The notes: generated by a model from the letters alone, not told the origin. A stretch of DNA of 64,000 nucleotides from Candidatus Eiseniibacteriota bacterium (GCA_965224245.1 OZ245046.1:3648001-3712000), one strand, 5' to 3'. Shown: positions 1 through 9,215, numbered from the stretch's first letter. Made by a program: numbers and translations.

Positions 1-1
1 G

Positions 2-1810
2 CTCACCTATCGAGTGGCGCGGCTCCTGGAGACCGGCACCGCGGCCGATCGTATCGTGCTGCTGACGTTCACGCGGCGTGCCGCGCAGGAGATGATCGGT
101 CGCGTGGGTCGGCTCCTGGGCGGCGACTGTCACGACATCGTCGGTGGCACGTACCACGGCTTCGCCAGCCGGATGCTGCGCCGACATCCCCCCGAGGGCT
201 TCACGAACCGGTTCTCGATCCTCGATCGCAGCGACGCCGAGGACACGATCCAGCTCGTACGCGGCGAGCGCGGACTCGGCCCGCGCGAGCGTCGCTTTCC
301 CAAGCGACGCACCCTGGCCGAGATGTTCTCGAAGTCGGTGAACCTGGGCCGACGCCTCGACGAGCTGATCGCCGACGAGTACGAGCAGTTCGCCGGGTAC
401 ACCGAGATCATCCTGGAGATCCAGCGGGCCTACGACGCGTTCAAGGCCCGCCACGCGCTGATGGACTACGACGATCTCCTGATCTTCCTGGCGCACCAGC
501 TCCGCGAGGACTCGCGCGCACATCGCGACATGTGCTCGTGGTTCCGCTACGTGATGGTCGACGAGTACCAGGACACGAACCGCCTCCAGGCCGAGATCAC
601 CGATCTCCTGGTCGAGGAGCACGGCAACCTGATGGTCGTCGGCGACGACTCCCAGTCGATCTACGCGTTTCGCGGGGCGGACTACCGGAACATCGTGGCG
701 TTCCCGGATCGCTACGAGGACGCGCGTGTGATCAAGCTCGAGCGGAACTACCGCTCGACCCAGGAGATCCTCGACGTGACCAACGCGATCATCGCGGCCG
801 CGGAGGTCGGGTTCCCCAAGCGCCTGTACACCGAGCGCACCGGCGGCGACCTGCCGCGAGTGGTGATGACCCGGAGCGGTGAAGACGAGGCCGCGTTCGT
901 CGCGCAGCGCGTGCTGGAGCTCCGCGAGGAGGGCGTGCCGTTGACGGACATCGCCGTGCTGTTCCGGAGCTCGTTTCACTCGTACGAGCTGGAGCTGGAG
1001 CTGGGGCGGCGCGACGTGCCGTTCGTGAAGTACGGCGGCTTTCGCTTCCTCGAGGCCGCGCACGTCAAGGACGTCCTGGCCCACGTGCGCGTCGTCGCCA
1101 ACCCGGACGACGCGGTGTCCTGGAACCGGCTCCTGTGCCTGCTGCCCGGCGTCGGCCCGAAGCGTGCGGCCGACATCCAGAGGATCGTCGCCGAGCGTGG
1201 CAATCGATTTGATTTCAAAGAGTTACCGTATCGAGGGGGAGCTCGCCGCGCCCTCGATGGGTTGACCGACCTCTTCACCGCGATGAGGGCGTCCGACATC
1301 CTGCCGGTCGACATGATCGGCCTCGTCCTCGCCTACTACGAGCCCTACCTGAGGGACCGCTTCGACGATCACCCGCGCCGGCTGACCGACCTCGAGCACT
1401 TCCAGGTGCTGACCGAGGGCTACGGCTCACTCGACACGATGCTGTCGGACATGTCGCTGGATCCACCGGACCGCTCCGTCGACAACCAGCTCGCCAGCCC
1501 GCTGGACGAGGGCGAGAAGCTAACACTGTCAACGATACATTCCGCAAAAGGGATGGAGTGGAAAGCGGTCTTTCTCGTCGGTGCCGTCGATGGTCAGTTC
1601 CCATCGCTGTGGAGCGCACGCGAGGTCGACACGTTGGAGGAAGAGCGACGGCTGATGTACGTGGCGACCACGCGCGCGAAGGACGAGCTGTACGTGGTGT
1701 ACCCGGTGGGCATCTTCCACGCATCGTCCGGCCAGGTGCTGACGCAGCCGACGCGGTTTCTCGCCGACGTCCCCGACCACGCGGTGGAGCGATGGGCCGT
1801 CACCCCGTGA
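2..1810 (+). CDS. UvrD/Rep/PcrA-family SF1A DNA helicase, 5'-truncated by the window edge
   Basis: Motifs LLTFTRRAA, MVDEYQDTN, VGDDSQSIYAFRGA, LERNYRST, LSTIHSAKGMEW, EERRLMYVATTRAK; frame is open from base 2 and Walker A lies upstream of the window. Confidence 0.95.
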   Translation, partial: LTYRVARLLETGTAADRIVLLTFTRRAAQEMIGRVGRLLGGDCHDIVGGTYHGFASRMLRRHPPEGFTNRFSILDRSDAEDTIQLVRGERGLGPRERRFPKRRTLAEMFSKSVNLGRRLDELIADEYEQFAGYTEIILEIQRAYDAFKARHALMDYDDLLIFLAHQLREDSRAHRDMCSWFRYVMVDEYQDTNRLQAEITDLLVEEHGNLMVVGDDSQSIYAFRGADYRNIVAFPDRYEDARVIKLERNYRSTQEILDVTNAIIAAAEVGFPKRLYTERTGGDLPRVVMTRSGEDEAAFVAQRVLELREEGVPLTDIAVLFRSSFHSYELELELGRRDVPFVKYGGFRFLEAAHVKDVLAHVRVVANPDDAVSWNRLLCLLPGVGPKRAADIQRIVAERGNRFDFKELPYRGGARRALDGLTDLFTAMRASDILPVDMIGLVLAYYEPYLRDRFDDHPRRLTDLEHFQVLTEGYGSLDTMLSDMSLDPPDRSVDNQLASPLDEGEKLTLSTIHSAKGMEWKAVFLVGAVDGQFPSLWSAREVDTLEEERRLMYVATTRAKDELYVVYPVGIFHASSGQVLTQPTRFLADVPDHAVERWAVTP

Positions 1811-2121
1811 CTCGCGCCTCGGTCGTCGCGAACACACGACCCTAGCAAAACACGCGACAAACGCCGCAAGTTCAAAAAAAGAACCGATTCGGCATTGACC
1901 TCGTGCGTAACATCGTTTTTTCTACGTTGCCGAATCAGGAGAGAGTTCGAACGATCGACCCCTGCCACGTTGTTGGGAGAGCGGCGGGTGGCAAGCTGCC
2001 TGTGATTCGGCGATCGGGCACGCTCATCGGTCTCTCACGAGGAGGCGAATGGCAAAGTAGTTTCTAGTCACACGATGTTGACTTGCAAACGAACAGGTCA
2101 TGAACCACAGGAGGAGCCCCT

Positions 2122-3333
2122 TTGAAGCGTCTCTGGATTTCGGGTCTGGCGTGCCTCGCCATCGCGGCGCCGGTCTCGGCCGATGAGTCCACCGTCGATT
2201 CGATGGGCGGAATCGGACTCTACATCAAGGATGATACGAACCAGTTCCTGTTCCCGACCACGCTCGCCGACTACGCGGGCAACGCGTACCTCGAGCTGAA
2301 GGGTCCGGGAACCACGAACGCGTCACGGACGGCGGGCGCGACCTTCACCGTCCCGAAGTTCGAGGACACGACGTTCGGTGTGTACCTCAACCGTCCGACC
2401 CCGCCCGGGCTCCTCGTGGACGACTACGACGGTGCGCTCCACATCGATCGCTACCACGCGATCATGGCCCAGCGGGGCAGCGTGGCCATCGGGCTGGGCT
2501 TCGGCGGCGATTCCGTCGAGGACACGACGCTCGAGGACACCGGCGGCGGCCGCGACGAGAAGGCCAACCTCTACCAGCTGCTCCTCGGCGCCGAGGGCAA
2601 CTGGTTCGGCAGCGCCATGTCGCAGCTGGGCGTCCAGGTCGCGCTCGGCTCGGGCGAGATCCAGTCGGAGGACGCCGAGGACAGCTTCGAGACCGACTCC
2701 GAGGAGTCCTCGCTCGCCATCGCCGCCGGGCTCCGCAACTGGTACTCGCGCGGCTCCAAGGGCGACCTGGTCGCGCAGGCCGGCGTCACGTTCATGAACG
2801 GCGAGGTCGATCCGGCCGACGACGACGGCGATCCCGACGTCAAGAACAAGCGGAACGCGCTGGCCGCCGGCACCGGCCTCGGCTGGCACGCGCCGGTCTC
2901 CGGCAGCGCCAAGGTCGTCATGGTCTGCGAGCCGTTCGGCATCTCCATCGCGAAGTCCAAGCAGGAGAACCCGGCCGGCGACGACACCGAGCGGGAGGTC
3001 ACGGTCACCACGATGCAGCTGCCGTCGTTCTTCTTCGGCATGCAGGCGGCGGTCAACAAGTGGCTGACCGGTCGCGTGGGCGTCGCGCAGGTCTTCACGA
3101 CCACGACCATCAAGGACGAGGCGACCGGTGGCGGCGAGACCGTGTCGGTCGAGACCGAGAACTGGGACTCCAACTTCGACATCTCGTTCGGGCTCGGGGC
3201 CAAGATCGGCAAGAACTGGATGGTCAACGGCGTGTTCAACGACCAGCACTTCTTCGGCGGTCCGGACTTCCTGACGGGCGCCGGCGCCGGCCCGCTGCTC
3301 GCGAAGGTCTCGGTCAACGGAACGTGGAACTAG
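2122..3333 (+). CDS. Outer-membrane beta-barrel / porin-like protein
   Basis: SD AGGAGG before TTG; signal peptide; alternating beta-strand pattern; C-terminal VSVNGTWN; strongly biased codon usage. Confidence 0.7.
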   Translation: MKRLWISGLACLAIAAPVSADESTVDSMGGIGLYIKDDTNQFLFPTTLADYAGNAYLELKGPGTTNASRTAGATFTVPKFEDTTFGVYLNRPTPPGLLVDDYDGALHIDRYHAIMAQRGSVAIGLGFGGDSVEDTTLEDTGGGRDEKANLYQLLLGAEGNWFGSAMSQLGVQVALGSGEIQSEDAEDSFETDSEESSLAIAAGLRNWYSRGSKGDLVAQAGVTFMNGEVDPADDDGDPDVKNKRNALAAGTGLGWHAPVSGSAKVVMVCEPFGISIAKSKQENPAGDDTEREVTVTTMQLPSFFFGMQAAVNKWLTGRVGVAQVFTTTTIKDEATGGGETVSVETENWDSNFDISFGLGAKIGKNWMVNGVFNDQHFFGGPDFLTGAGAGPLLAKVSVNGTWN

Positions 3334-3398
3334 GCGTGACTTCTAGTCTCGTCTCGGGCCGGACCGGCACCTCGGTCTCCGAGACGCGGGAGGAATAG

Positions 3399-4217
3399 AT
3401 GCGGACTCATTGGAAGTATGGCGCGCTTCTGACCATCGGAACCGCGCTGGCGTTCGGTGGCGGCTGCAGCTGCCCCGGCAGCGTTCTGGTCAGCGACGGC
3501 TACGGCAACTTCTACCCGGGAAGCCTCTACGCGGGCCCGGGGGTTCTGACGAGCTGGACGATCGGCGGGTACCAGGCCGCCGACGCCGTGGGCAACGGCC
3601 CCGACGACTTCGACTTCGACGGCGACATCGGCTGGGATCCGGACGACTACAAGTTCGGGCCCTGCTGCACGCGTGATGGATGCATCAGCGTCAGCGACAT
3701 GGAGTGCATCCTGCGGTTCATGGGACGTCCGGTCTACAGCTGCGGCTTCTGCAGCAGCTTCGGCCGCGTCGACGCCACGATGACGATCGACGGTCTCTTC
3801 GAGAACGACACCTACGACATCGCGTTCACCGAGAGCGATGCCAAGGCCGCGTTCCTGACCGACGCCGGCTACACGACGATCGCGCTCCGCGCGTTCGACG
3901 GTCTGGCCGTCGTGCAGCTGATCGTCCCGGGCACGCTGACCGACACGCACGACATCTACGGCACCGACGGCAAGCGCATCGAGGCCAGCGCCGTGTTCGT
4001 GCTCGGCACCGACGTGTACAGCACGGTCGCCGACGAGCGCATCGAGCTCGGCACGATCACACTCGAGGGTGAGTATCCCGAGGTCGGGGGCACGCTGGCG
4101 GGCACGTTCTCGACCAAGGTCTTCGGACCGAACGGCGAAGAGGTGCAGCTCTCGGGTGACTTCCGCGTTCCGTTCGTGAACTCGATCGAGGACGTGGAGA
4201 TCACGCCGTACAACTAG
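3399..4217 (+). CDS. Cys-rich putative lipoprotein, function unknown
   Basis: SD GGAGGA; signal ending AFGGGC; GPCC-x4-C-x7-C motif; biased codon usage. Confidence 0.7.
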   Translation: MRTHWKYGALLTIGTALAFGGGCSCPGSVLVSDGYGNFYPGSLYAGPGVLTSWTIGGYQAADAVGNGPDDFDFDGDIGWDPDDYKFGPCCTRDGCISVSDMECILRFMGRPVYSCGFCSSFGRVDATMTIDGLFENDTYDIAFTESDAKAAFLTDAGYTTIALRAFDGLAVVQLIVPGTLTDTHDIYGTDGKRIEASAVFVLGTDVYSTVADERIELGTITLEGEYPEVGGTLAGTFSTKVFGPNGEEVQLSGDFRVPFVNSIEDVEITPYN

Positions 4218-4268
4218 CATCGCCGAGGCTCACGCGCGCGGGTGCGTGAGCGGGCACGCGACCGATCG

Positions 4269-4305
4269 CGCCTCCGGGCCTCCGGCCCGGAGGCGTTTCG
4301 CGTTT
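4269..4305 (+). terminator. Intrinsic terminator
   Basis: 12-bp stem CGCCTCCGGGCC/GGCCCGGAGGCG, TCC loop, then TTTCGCGTTT; lies between convergent genes. Confidence 0.7.
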
Positions 4306-4327
4306 CCGGAAGACGGTCGATCACCGG

Positions 4328-5299
4328 CTACCAGGGTGCGGGCGCATCGCCGCCGTCGGGCGGACGCGACGCCAGGACCTCGTCGGCCAGTCCGCCCAGG
4401 CACACCCGCTGGAAGCTGCAGCGGCGGCAGACCCGGAGCTCCTCGACCCTCGAGAAGTCGGCCTCGTCGGCCTCGTTCGCGGCCACGTCGGTGAGCCGCT
4501 CCCGCATCACGCTCGCGCGGCGCCAGACGTGCCGCGCCGCTTCGTCGAGGTCCGACTCGTCAACCGTGCGCTCGGTCACCTCGTCGCGGACGAGGTTCAC
4601 CTCGGCGGTGCGGATGCGACCGAGCGTGATCCCCCAGCGCTCGCGGGCGTACAGCGCGTAGCAGGCGAGCTGCGTGGTGTTGGCGCGCGACGGACGTGCC
4701 CCGGTCTTCCAGTCCACGATGCGGAGGTCGGCGGCGTCCATGTACGCGAAGTCCATCTTCACGCTCACCGGAACGTCGTCGAGCACGAACGACGAGAGCT
4801 CTTCGAGTGCCATCCATCGCTCGGGCGGAACGCTCATGATCGCGGCGGTCACGTCGGAGGCGACGAAGCTCCGGATCGCCGAGATGCCACGCGCGTGGAG
4901 CGTCTTCCACTCCCGATCGGGCACGTCGGATGGGAACTCGTGCTCGAACAAGCGGGTCGTCTTGGCACCCCCCGTCCGGAACGCGTCGTCTCGCGAGTCG
5001 CGGAACCCGTCGCGCATCGTCGTGTCGAAGCGCGTGATCAGATCGTCCACCGGGGGGAGCGCTCGCTGCTGCCTCGCGAACGTGAGTGCGAACGCGACCA
5101 CCTCGTGCACCAGCGCGCCGATCCACATGTGACGGCTCTGGACGTTCTTCAGCACGTAGAGCTCTCGCACCGCGGGCGGCGCGTCCTCGCGCCAGCCGCC
5201 CCACGAGCCGTAGTAGCGGTAGAAGTACTGCCGGTGACACTCCTCGAAGACCCGATCGCGGCTCTGTGACCACGCGAACGTGTTCGTGAGCTCGCTCAT
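4328..5299 (-). CDS. PD-(D/E)XK nuclease family protein (RecB/AddB/Cas4-like)
   Basis: N-terminal WSQS...EECHRQY; KMD...IVDWKTG; QLACYALY; C-terminal CRRCSFQRVC. Confidence 0.85.
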   Translation of the reverse strand: MSELTNTFAWSQSRDRVFEECHRQYFYRYYGSWGGWREDAPPAVRELYVLKNVQSRHMWIGALVHEVVAFALTFARQQRALPPVDDLITRFDTTMRDGFRDSRDDAFRTGGAKTTRLFEHEFPSDVPDREWKTLHARGISAIRSFVASDVTAAIMSVPPERWMALEELSSFVLDDVPVSVKMDFAYMDAADLRIVDWKTGARPSRANTTQLACYALYARERWGITLGRIRTAEVNLVRDEVTERTVDESDLDEAARHVWRRASVMRERLTDVAANEADEADFSRVEELRVCRRCSFQRVCLGGLADEVLASRPPDGGDAPAPW

Positions 5300-5348
5300 C
5301 GTCGGTCCGAGCGAGGTGAGCTGCGCGCTCGAGGGAGCCGGGTCGCGG

Positions 5349-6260
5349 TCACGCGTCGTATCCCATCTCGCGCAGCCGCCGCGGATCCTGCCGCCAGTCG
5401 GGGACGACCTTGACGAAGAGCTTCAGCACGACGGGCCGGTCCAGGAACTCCTCGATGGCCCGTCGCGACTGGATCCCCAGCTCCTTGACGGCCGAGCCGT
5501 GCGCGCCGACCAGGATGCGTTTCTGGCTCGGCCGTTCGACGCAGACCGTCGCGTGGATCTCGTCGCGCCGTGTGCCATCGCCCTCGGTGAAGGCGTCGAT
5601 CTCGACCTGAACCGCGTACGGAACCTCGTCGCGGAACTGGGCGAGCACGTTCTCCCGGATGATCTCCGAGACGAAGAACCGCTCGGGATGCTCGGTCAGC
5701 GTGTCCTCCGGATACAGAGGCGGCCCGGGCGGCAGCGCATCGCCCACGACACTCAGGAGCCGGTCGAGGTTCTCCCCTTCGAGCGCCGAGATCGGCACGA
5801 CCTCGAGGTCGGGCGCGTCGGTGGTGACCGCGTCGATCATGGGCAGGACGTCGTGGCGCGCGATCCGGTCCACCTTGTTCAGGGCTACCATGAGCCGTCC
5901 ACGTCCTCGACGCGCCTCGGTCATCGACTCGACGAGGTGCGCCATGGGCGTGGTCACGTCGTGGAGCACGAGGATGACGTCGGCCTCCATGAGCGCGCGA
6001 CGGGCCGCGGCGAGCATCGCGCGCTGCAGGCGGTAGCGCGGCGTCAGGAGTCCGGGCGTGTCCAGGAAGATCATCTGGTGGCCCGCGTCGCTCACCACGC
6101 CCATCACGCGGTGCCGCGTGGTCTGGGGCTTCGGCGAAACGATGGCGAGCTTCTGGCCGAGTAACGCGTTGAGAAGTGTCGACTTACCGACGTTGGGGCG
6201 CCCCACCAGCGCGACGTATCCCGATCGATGAGGTGACTTCTCGTCCAGTCGTGCGTCCAT
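5349..6260 (-). CDS. era: GTPase Era
   Basis: GRPNVGKSTLLN, KPQTTR, DTPG, NKVD, ISA, and a KH domain (EVPY...SQKRILVG). Confidence 0.97.
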   Translation of the reverse strand: MDARLDEKSPHRSGYVALVGRPNVGKSTLLNALLGQKLAIVSPKPQTTRHRVMGVVSDAGHQMIFLDTPGLLTPRYRLQRAMLAAARRALMEADVILVLHDVTTPMAHLVESMTEARRGRGRLMVALNKVDRIARHDVLPMIDAVTTDAPDLEVVPISALEGENLDRLLSVVGDALPPGPPLYPEDTLTEHPERFFVSEIIRENVLAQFRDEVPYAVQVEIDAFTEGDGTRRDEIHATVCVERPSQKRILVGAHGSAVKELGIQSRRAIEEFLDRPVVLKLFVKVVPDWRQDPRRLREMGYDA

Positions 6261-6267
6261 GAGGCGG

Positions 6268-6297
6268 ATTGTAGGGAGCGGGGCGTCCGGAAGACAA
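6268..6297 (-). promoter_or_regulatory. Sigma70 promoter of era, probably a leaderless mRNA
   Basis: TTGTCT-N18-TACAAT ending 7 nt before the ATG; no SD. Confidence 0.6.
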
Positions 6298-6478
6298 CGG
6301 CCGAAAAAGCTCGCGATGAGACCTTGTCATCCCGCGCCGGCCGTGATTCGATCGGCCTCTGGGGCCGTCCCGCACGCTCGCCGCACGTGAGCGCGCGGCG
6401 TGACCGGCCGCCGCAGCGCCCGATCACCGTGCGCGAGACGGATGCTCGCGCCGACGATACCTTTCGACCAAGGAGAAC

Positions 6479-7096
6479 GTGAACATGCATGCTTCGAGCA
6501 GCGGATCGGTCCGGACGATTCTGAGCGGGTTGACGATCGGCCTGGTCGCGCTCGCGATGGGCTGCGGCGGCTCCGACGACGGGTCCGCCGCGGACGACGC
6601 CGGGTCGACGGCCCGCGAGGTGGCCGACAAGACCGGTGACGCAATGCGCGACGCCGCCGAGAAGACCGGTGACGCGATGCACGACGCCGCCGAGCGGACC
6701 GGCGAGGCCGTGCGCGATGCCGCGGACGAGGCGGGCGAGGCCGTGCACGATGCCGCGGCCGAGGCCGGTGACGCCATGCGCGACGCGGCCGACGAGGCGG
6801 GTGACGCGCTGGAAGGCGCCACCGGCGCGATGATGAAGACCGACGACGCCGAGATGCCCGCCGACGCGGTCACGCTGGTGGGCACCACCGGCTGCGGTCA
6901 CTGCTCGTTCGGCATCGGCAAGGCCTGCGCGGCGGCGATGAAGACAGCGGATGGGACCATCTACGTTCTCGACGGCGTGGACGCGGAGTCCGACCTGTTC
7001 CAGCACCGCATGGACGGGAAGAGTCTCACGGTCGTCGGCGTCGTCACCGAAGGCGATCCCGAGCACGTGGACGTGAAGTCCTACCGGATCATGTAG
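6479..7096 (+). CDS. Lipoprotein with 11-aa LEA-like repeats and a C-terminal CGHC/Cys domain (DUF6370-like)
   Basis: SD AAGGAG; lipobox AMGC; repeats A-[DE]-[KRE]-[TA]-G-[DE]-A-[MV]-[RH]-D-A; GCGHCSF...ACAAAMK...YVLDG. Confidence 0.75.
   Translation: MNMHASSSGSVRTILSGLTIGLVALAMGCGGSDDGSAADDAGSTAREVADKTGDAMRDAAEKTGDAMHDAAERTGEAVRDAADEAGEAVHDAAAEAGDAMRDAADEAGDALEGATGAMMKTDDAEMPADAVTLVGTTGCGHCSFGIGKACAAAMKTADGTIYVLDGVDAESDLFQHRMDGKSLTVVGVVTEGDPEHVDVKSYRIM
6623..6820 (+). repeat. Six 33-bp coding tandem repeats
   Basis: Unit similar to GCCGACAAGACCGGTGACGCAATGCGCGACGCC, six diverged copies. Confidence 0.9.
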
Positions 7097-7322
7097 GGCT
7101 CACCGGACGCCGCCGGCAGCCGTCGCGCCGACCGCGAGCCGCGGCGTTCGGGCCAGCCGACGTTCAGAATGAGCCGGCGCCCCCGGTTTCGGGGGCCCGA
7201 CTCGATTGCTGTCGCGAGCATGGTCGTACGCACGATGGTCGCGACGCGCGCGCCGTGTCGACCGTCGGATTCCGGGCCGCGACGATGCGGTCGGAATGGG
7301 ACGAACGGCCTGCGCGGGTGCC

Positions 7323-8075
7323 TCACCCTCCGGAGCCGCCGGACGGGCCCTCGGGTCGCGTCCGCGGCGCAGGTGCAGGCGTCGGGTGCAGCGGACCGTT
7401 GGTGGTCCAGTTCCACGACCAGTCGGTCGGGACCGGGACGGACCGTTGCGCCCAGGGCGACGTCCACCAGAACGCGCCCCACATCGGATGCCAGATCGGC
7501 CACGGCCAGGGCATGGCCGCGGTCATCGGCGGCGGCAGCCGCATCTCGCCACCCGGCGGTACGGCACCCGGCCACCCGCCGGGCCACGTTCCCGGTCCCG
7601 GAGAGGCGCCCCAGGGCGGCGTCGACATGCCCGGCTCCGCGGACCGGTCGGCAGCCGCACCCCCGGTACCCGAACCGGTCGGCCCTTCGGCGCTCGACTC
7701 GCCGGGTGACGCATCGAACGGCGAGTCGTCGGGCGTGTCCGGCGACTCGTCCGCGAGATCCTCGCCGTCTTCCGGACCGGACGACCGTTCCCTCTCGATC
7801 GGCCAGGTCGGCGTCGTCCAGTCCGTGGGCGCCGCGGATCCGGCCATGGCCCCCGCGTCACCGGGCGCGGTCGTGCCGGCTGCGCCGGGCATTCCCGGTG
7901 TCGCGGGGGGCTCCACCCAGGGCCCTTCCGATGGCGTAAACGCCTCTTCTGCAGCATCTTCCGCGCCTCCCCGTGACGTCAGCTCACTCTCCAGCTCCGA
8001 GAGCGTCTGGACGGCGGTCCGCAGCGCGTCGGCGATGTGATGAAACTTGGCGTGAATGTCTCGATAATCGGCCAT
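7323..8075 (-). CDS. Hypothetical low-complexity Pro/Gly/Trp-rich protein (250 aa)
   Basis: ATG at 8075 with SD AAGGAG 6 nt upstream; N-terminal amphipathic helix; fills the gap between two + strand genes. Confidence 0.6.
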   Translation of the reverse strand: MADYRDIHAKFHHIADALRTAVQTLSELESELTSRGGAEDAAEEAFTPSEGPWVEPPATPGMPGAAGTTAPGDAGAMAGSAAPTDWTTPTWPIERERSSGPEDGEDLADESPDTPDDSPFDASPGESSAEGPTGSGTGGAAADRSAEPGMSTPPWGASPGPGTWPGGWPGAVPPGGEMRLPPPMTAAMPWPWPIWHPMWGAFWWTSPWAQRSVPVPTDWSWNWTTNGPLHPTPAPAPRTRPEGPSGGSGG

Positions 8076-8183
8076 CGCGTGCTCCTTCGGAGGGGGCGTC
8101 GGCAACGGGTGAAACGTCGGCCGATCCGATCGAGAACTTGATCGACGGCATCGGTGACGATCGAACGACCGCGAGGAGGCATC

Positions 8184-9215
8184 GTGGGGATCCGCGTCGC
8201 GATCGTGGGAACCGGCTTCGGGGTGAGCACCCAGCTGCCCGGCTTCCGGCTCGCCGGGGGATACGACGTCGTCAGCCTGACCGGACGCGACGCGGCCAAG
8301 ACGGCCCGGCTCGCGGACCAGCACGACGTCCCGCACGCCCTCACCGACTTCCGGGACGCGCTCCGGGTCGGGTCGCCCGATCTGATGTGCGTCACGACCC
8401 CACCGGTCCACCACCGCGAGATGGCCCTGGCGGCGCTCGAGGCGGGCTGTCACTGCCTGCTGGAGAAGCCGATGGCCATGTCGGCGGCCGAGGCCGAGGA
8501 GCTGACCCGGGCGGCGGCGGCGGTCCCGTACCTGGCGATCGTGGATCACGAGCTCCGGGCGCTTCCGGCGCGGCAGGCGCTCAAGGCCCGACTCGATGCC
8601 GGGGGCATCGGACGCCCGCTCATGGCCCGGGTGGTGTTCGGGTCGCATGGACGCGCGCGCCCGGGTACACGGTGGAGCTGGTGGGCGCGCGCGGACGCCG
8701 GCGGTGGGCTCTGGGGCGCGATCGGCTCGCACGTGATCGATTCGCTGCGCTGGTTTCTCGGCGAGGTGTCCGAGGTGACCGCCCGGCTCAGCACGTCGAT
8801 TCCGTCCCTGCCCGACGAGGCCGGCGTCCATCACGCCGTCGAGACCGACGATGGCGCCGACGCGTTCCTGACGTTCGCGTCGGGCGCGGTGGGCACGATC
8901 TCGTTGACGTCGGTCGCGCACCGGTACGACGGATTCGGCTGGGAGATACACGGCACCGAGGGATCGCAGTGGCTGGACGACCGGGGGCGCCTCTTCGCCG
9001 CCGCGCGCAGCCGGGACACGCGCGAGGACGTGAGCCCCGTCGATCCGCTCGAGGAGGCGGGACCGATCGACGGATCGCTGTGGGCGCGCGGATTCGTCTA
9101 CCTGGCGCGTGACCTCCGCACGGCGATCGAGTCCGGCGGTCCGGCCCCGACCTACGCGGCCACGTTCGCCGACGGCCTGGCCGTGCAGCGGGTGCTCGAC
9201 GCCGGCCGACGCTGA
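8184..9215 (+). CDS. Gfo/Idh/MocA family oxidoreductase
   Basis: SD GAGGAGG before GTG; IVGTGFG, LLEKPMA, GSHVID. Confidence 0.92.
   Translation: MGIRVAIVGTGFGVSTQLPGFRLAGGYDVVSLTGRDAAKTARLADQHDVPHALTDFRDALRVGSPDLMCVTTPPVHHREMALAALEAGCHCLLEKPMAMSAAEAEELTRAAAAVPYLAIVDHELRALPARQALKARLDAGGIGRPLMARVVFGSHGRARPGTRWSWWARADAGGGLWGAIGSHVIDSLRWFLGEVSEVTARLSTSIPSLPDEAGVHHAVETDDGADAFLTFASGAVGTISLTSVAHRYDGFGWEIHGTEGSQWLDDRGRLFAAARSRDTREDVSPVDPLEEAGPIDGSLWARGFVYLARDLRTAIESGGPAPTYAATFADGLAVQRVLDAGRR

Noticed and set aside
1926-2000. c-di-AMP (ydaO) riboswitch, from GTTGCCGAATC
   Set aside because: Downstream conserved elements (GGAACC, GTAGGG, CAGCTAAC) are absent
4328-5299. Cas4 / CRISPR-Cas system
   Set aside because: No array or other cas genes; generic PD-(D/E)XK nuclease
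6623-6820. 33-bp repeats as a CRISPR array
   Set aside because: Contiguous, no spacers, in-frame codon-level divergence inside a lipoprotein
7097-7322. ncRNA between convergent genes
   Set aside because: Only short GC hairpins (e.g. GCCCCCG/CGGGGGC at 7179-96); no recognisable family and no U-tract
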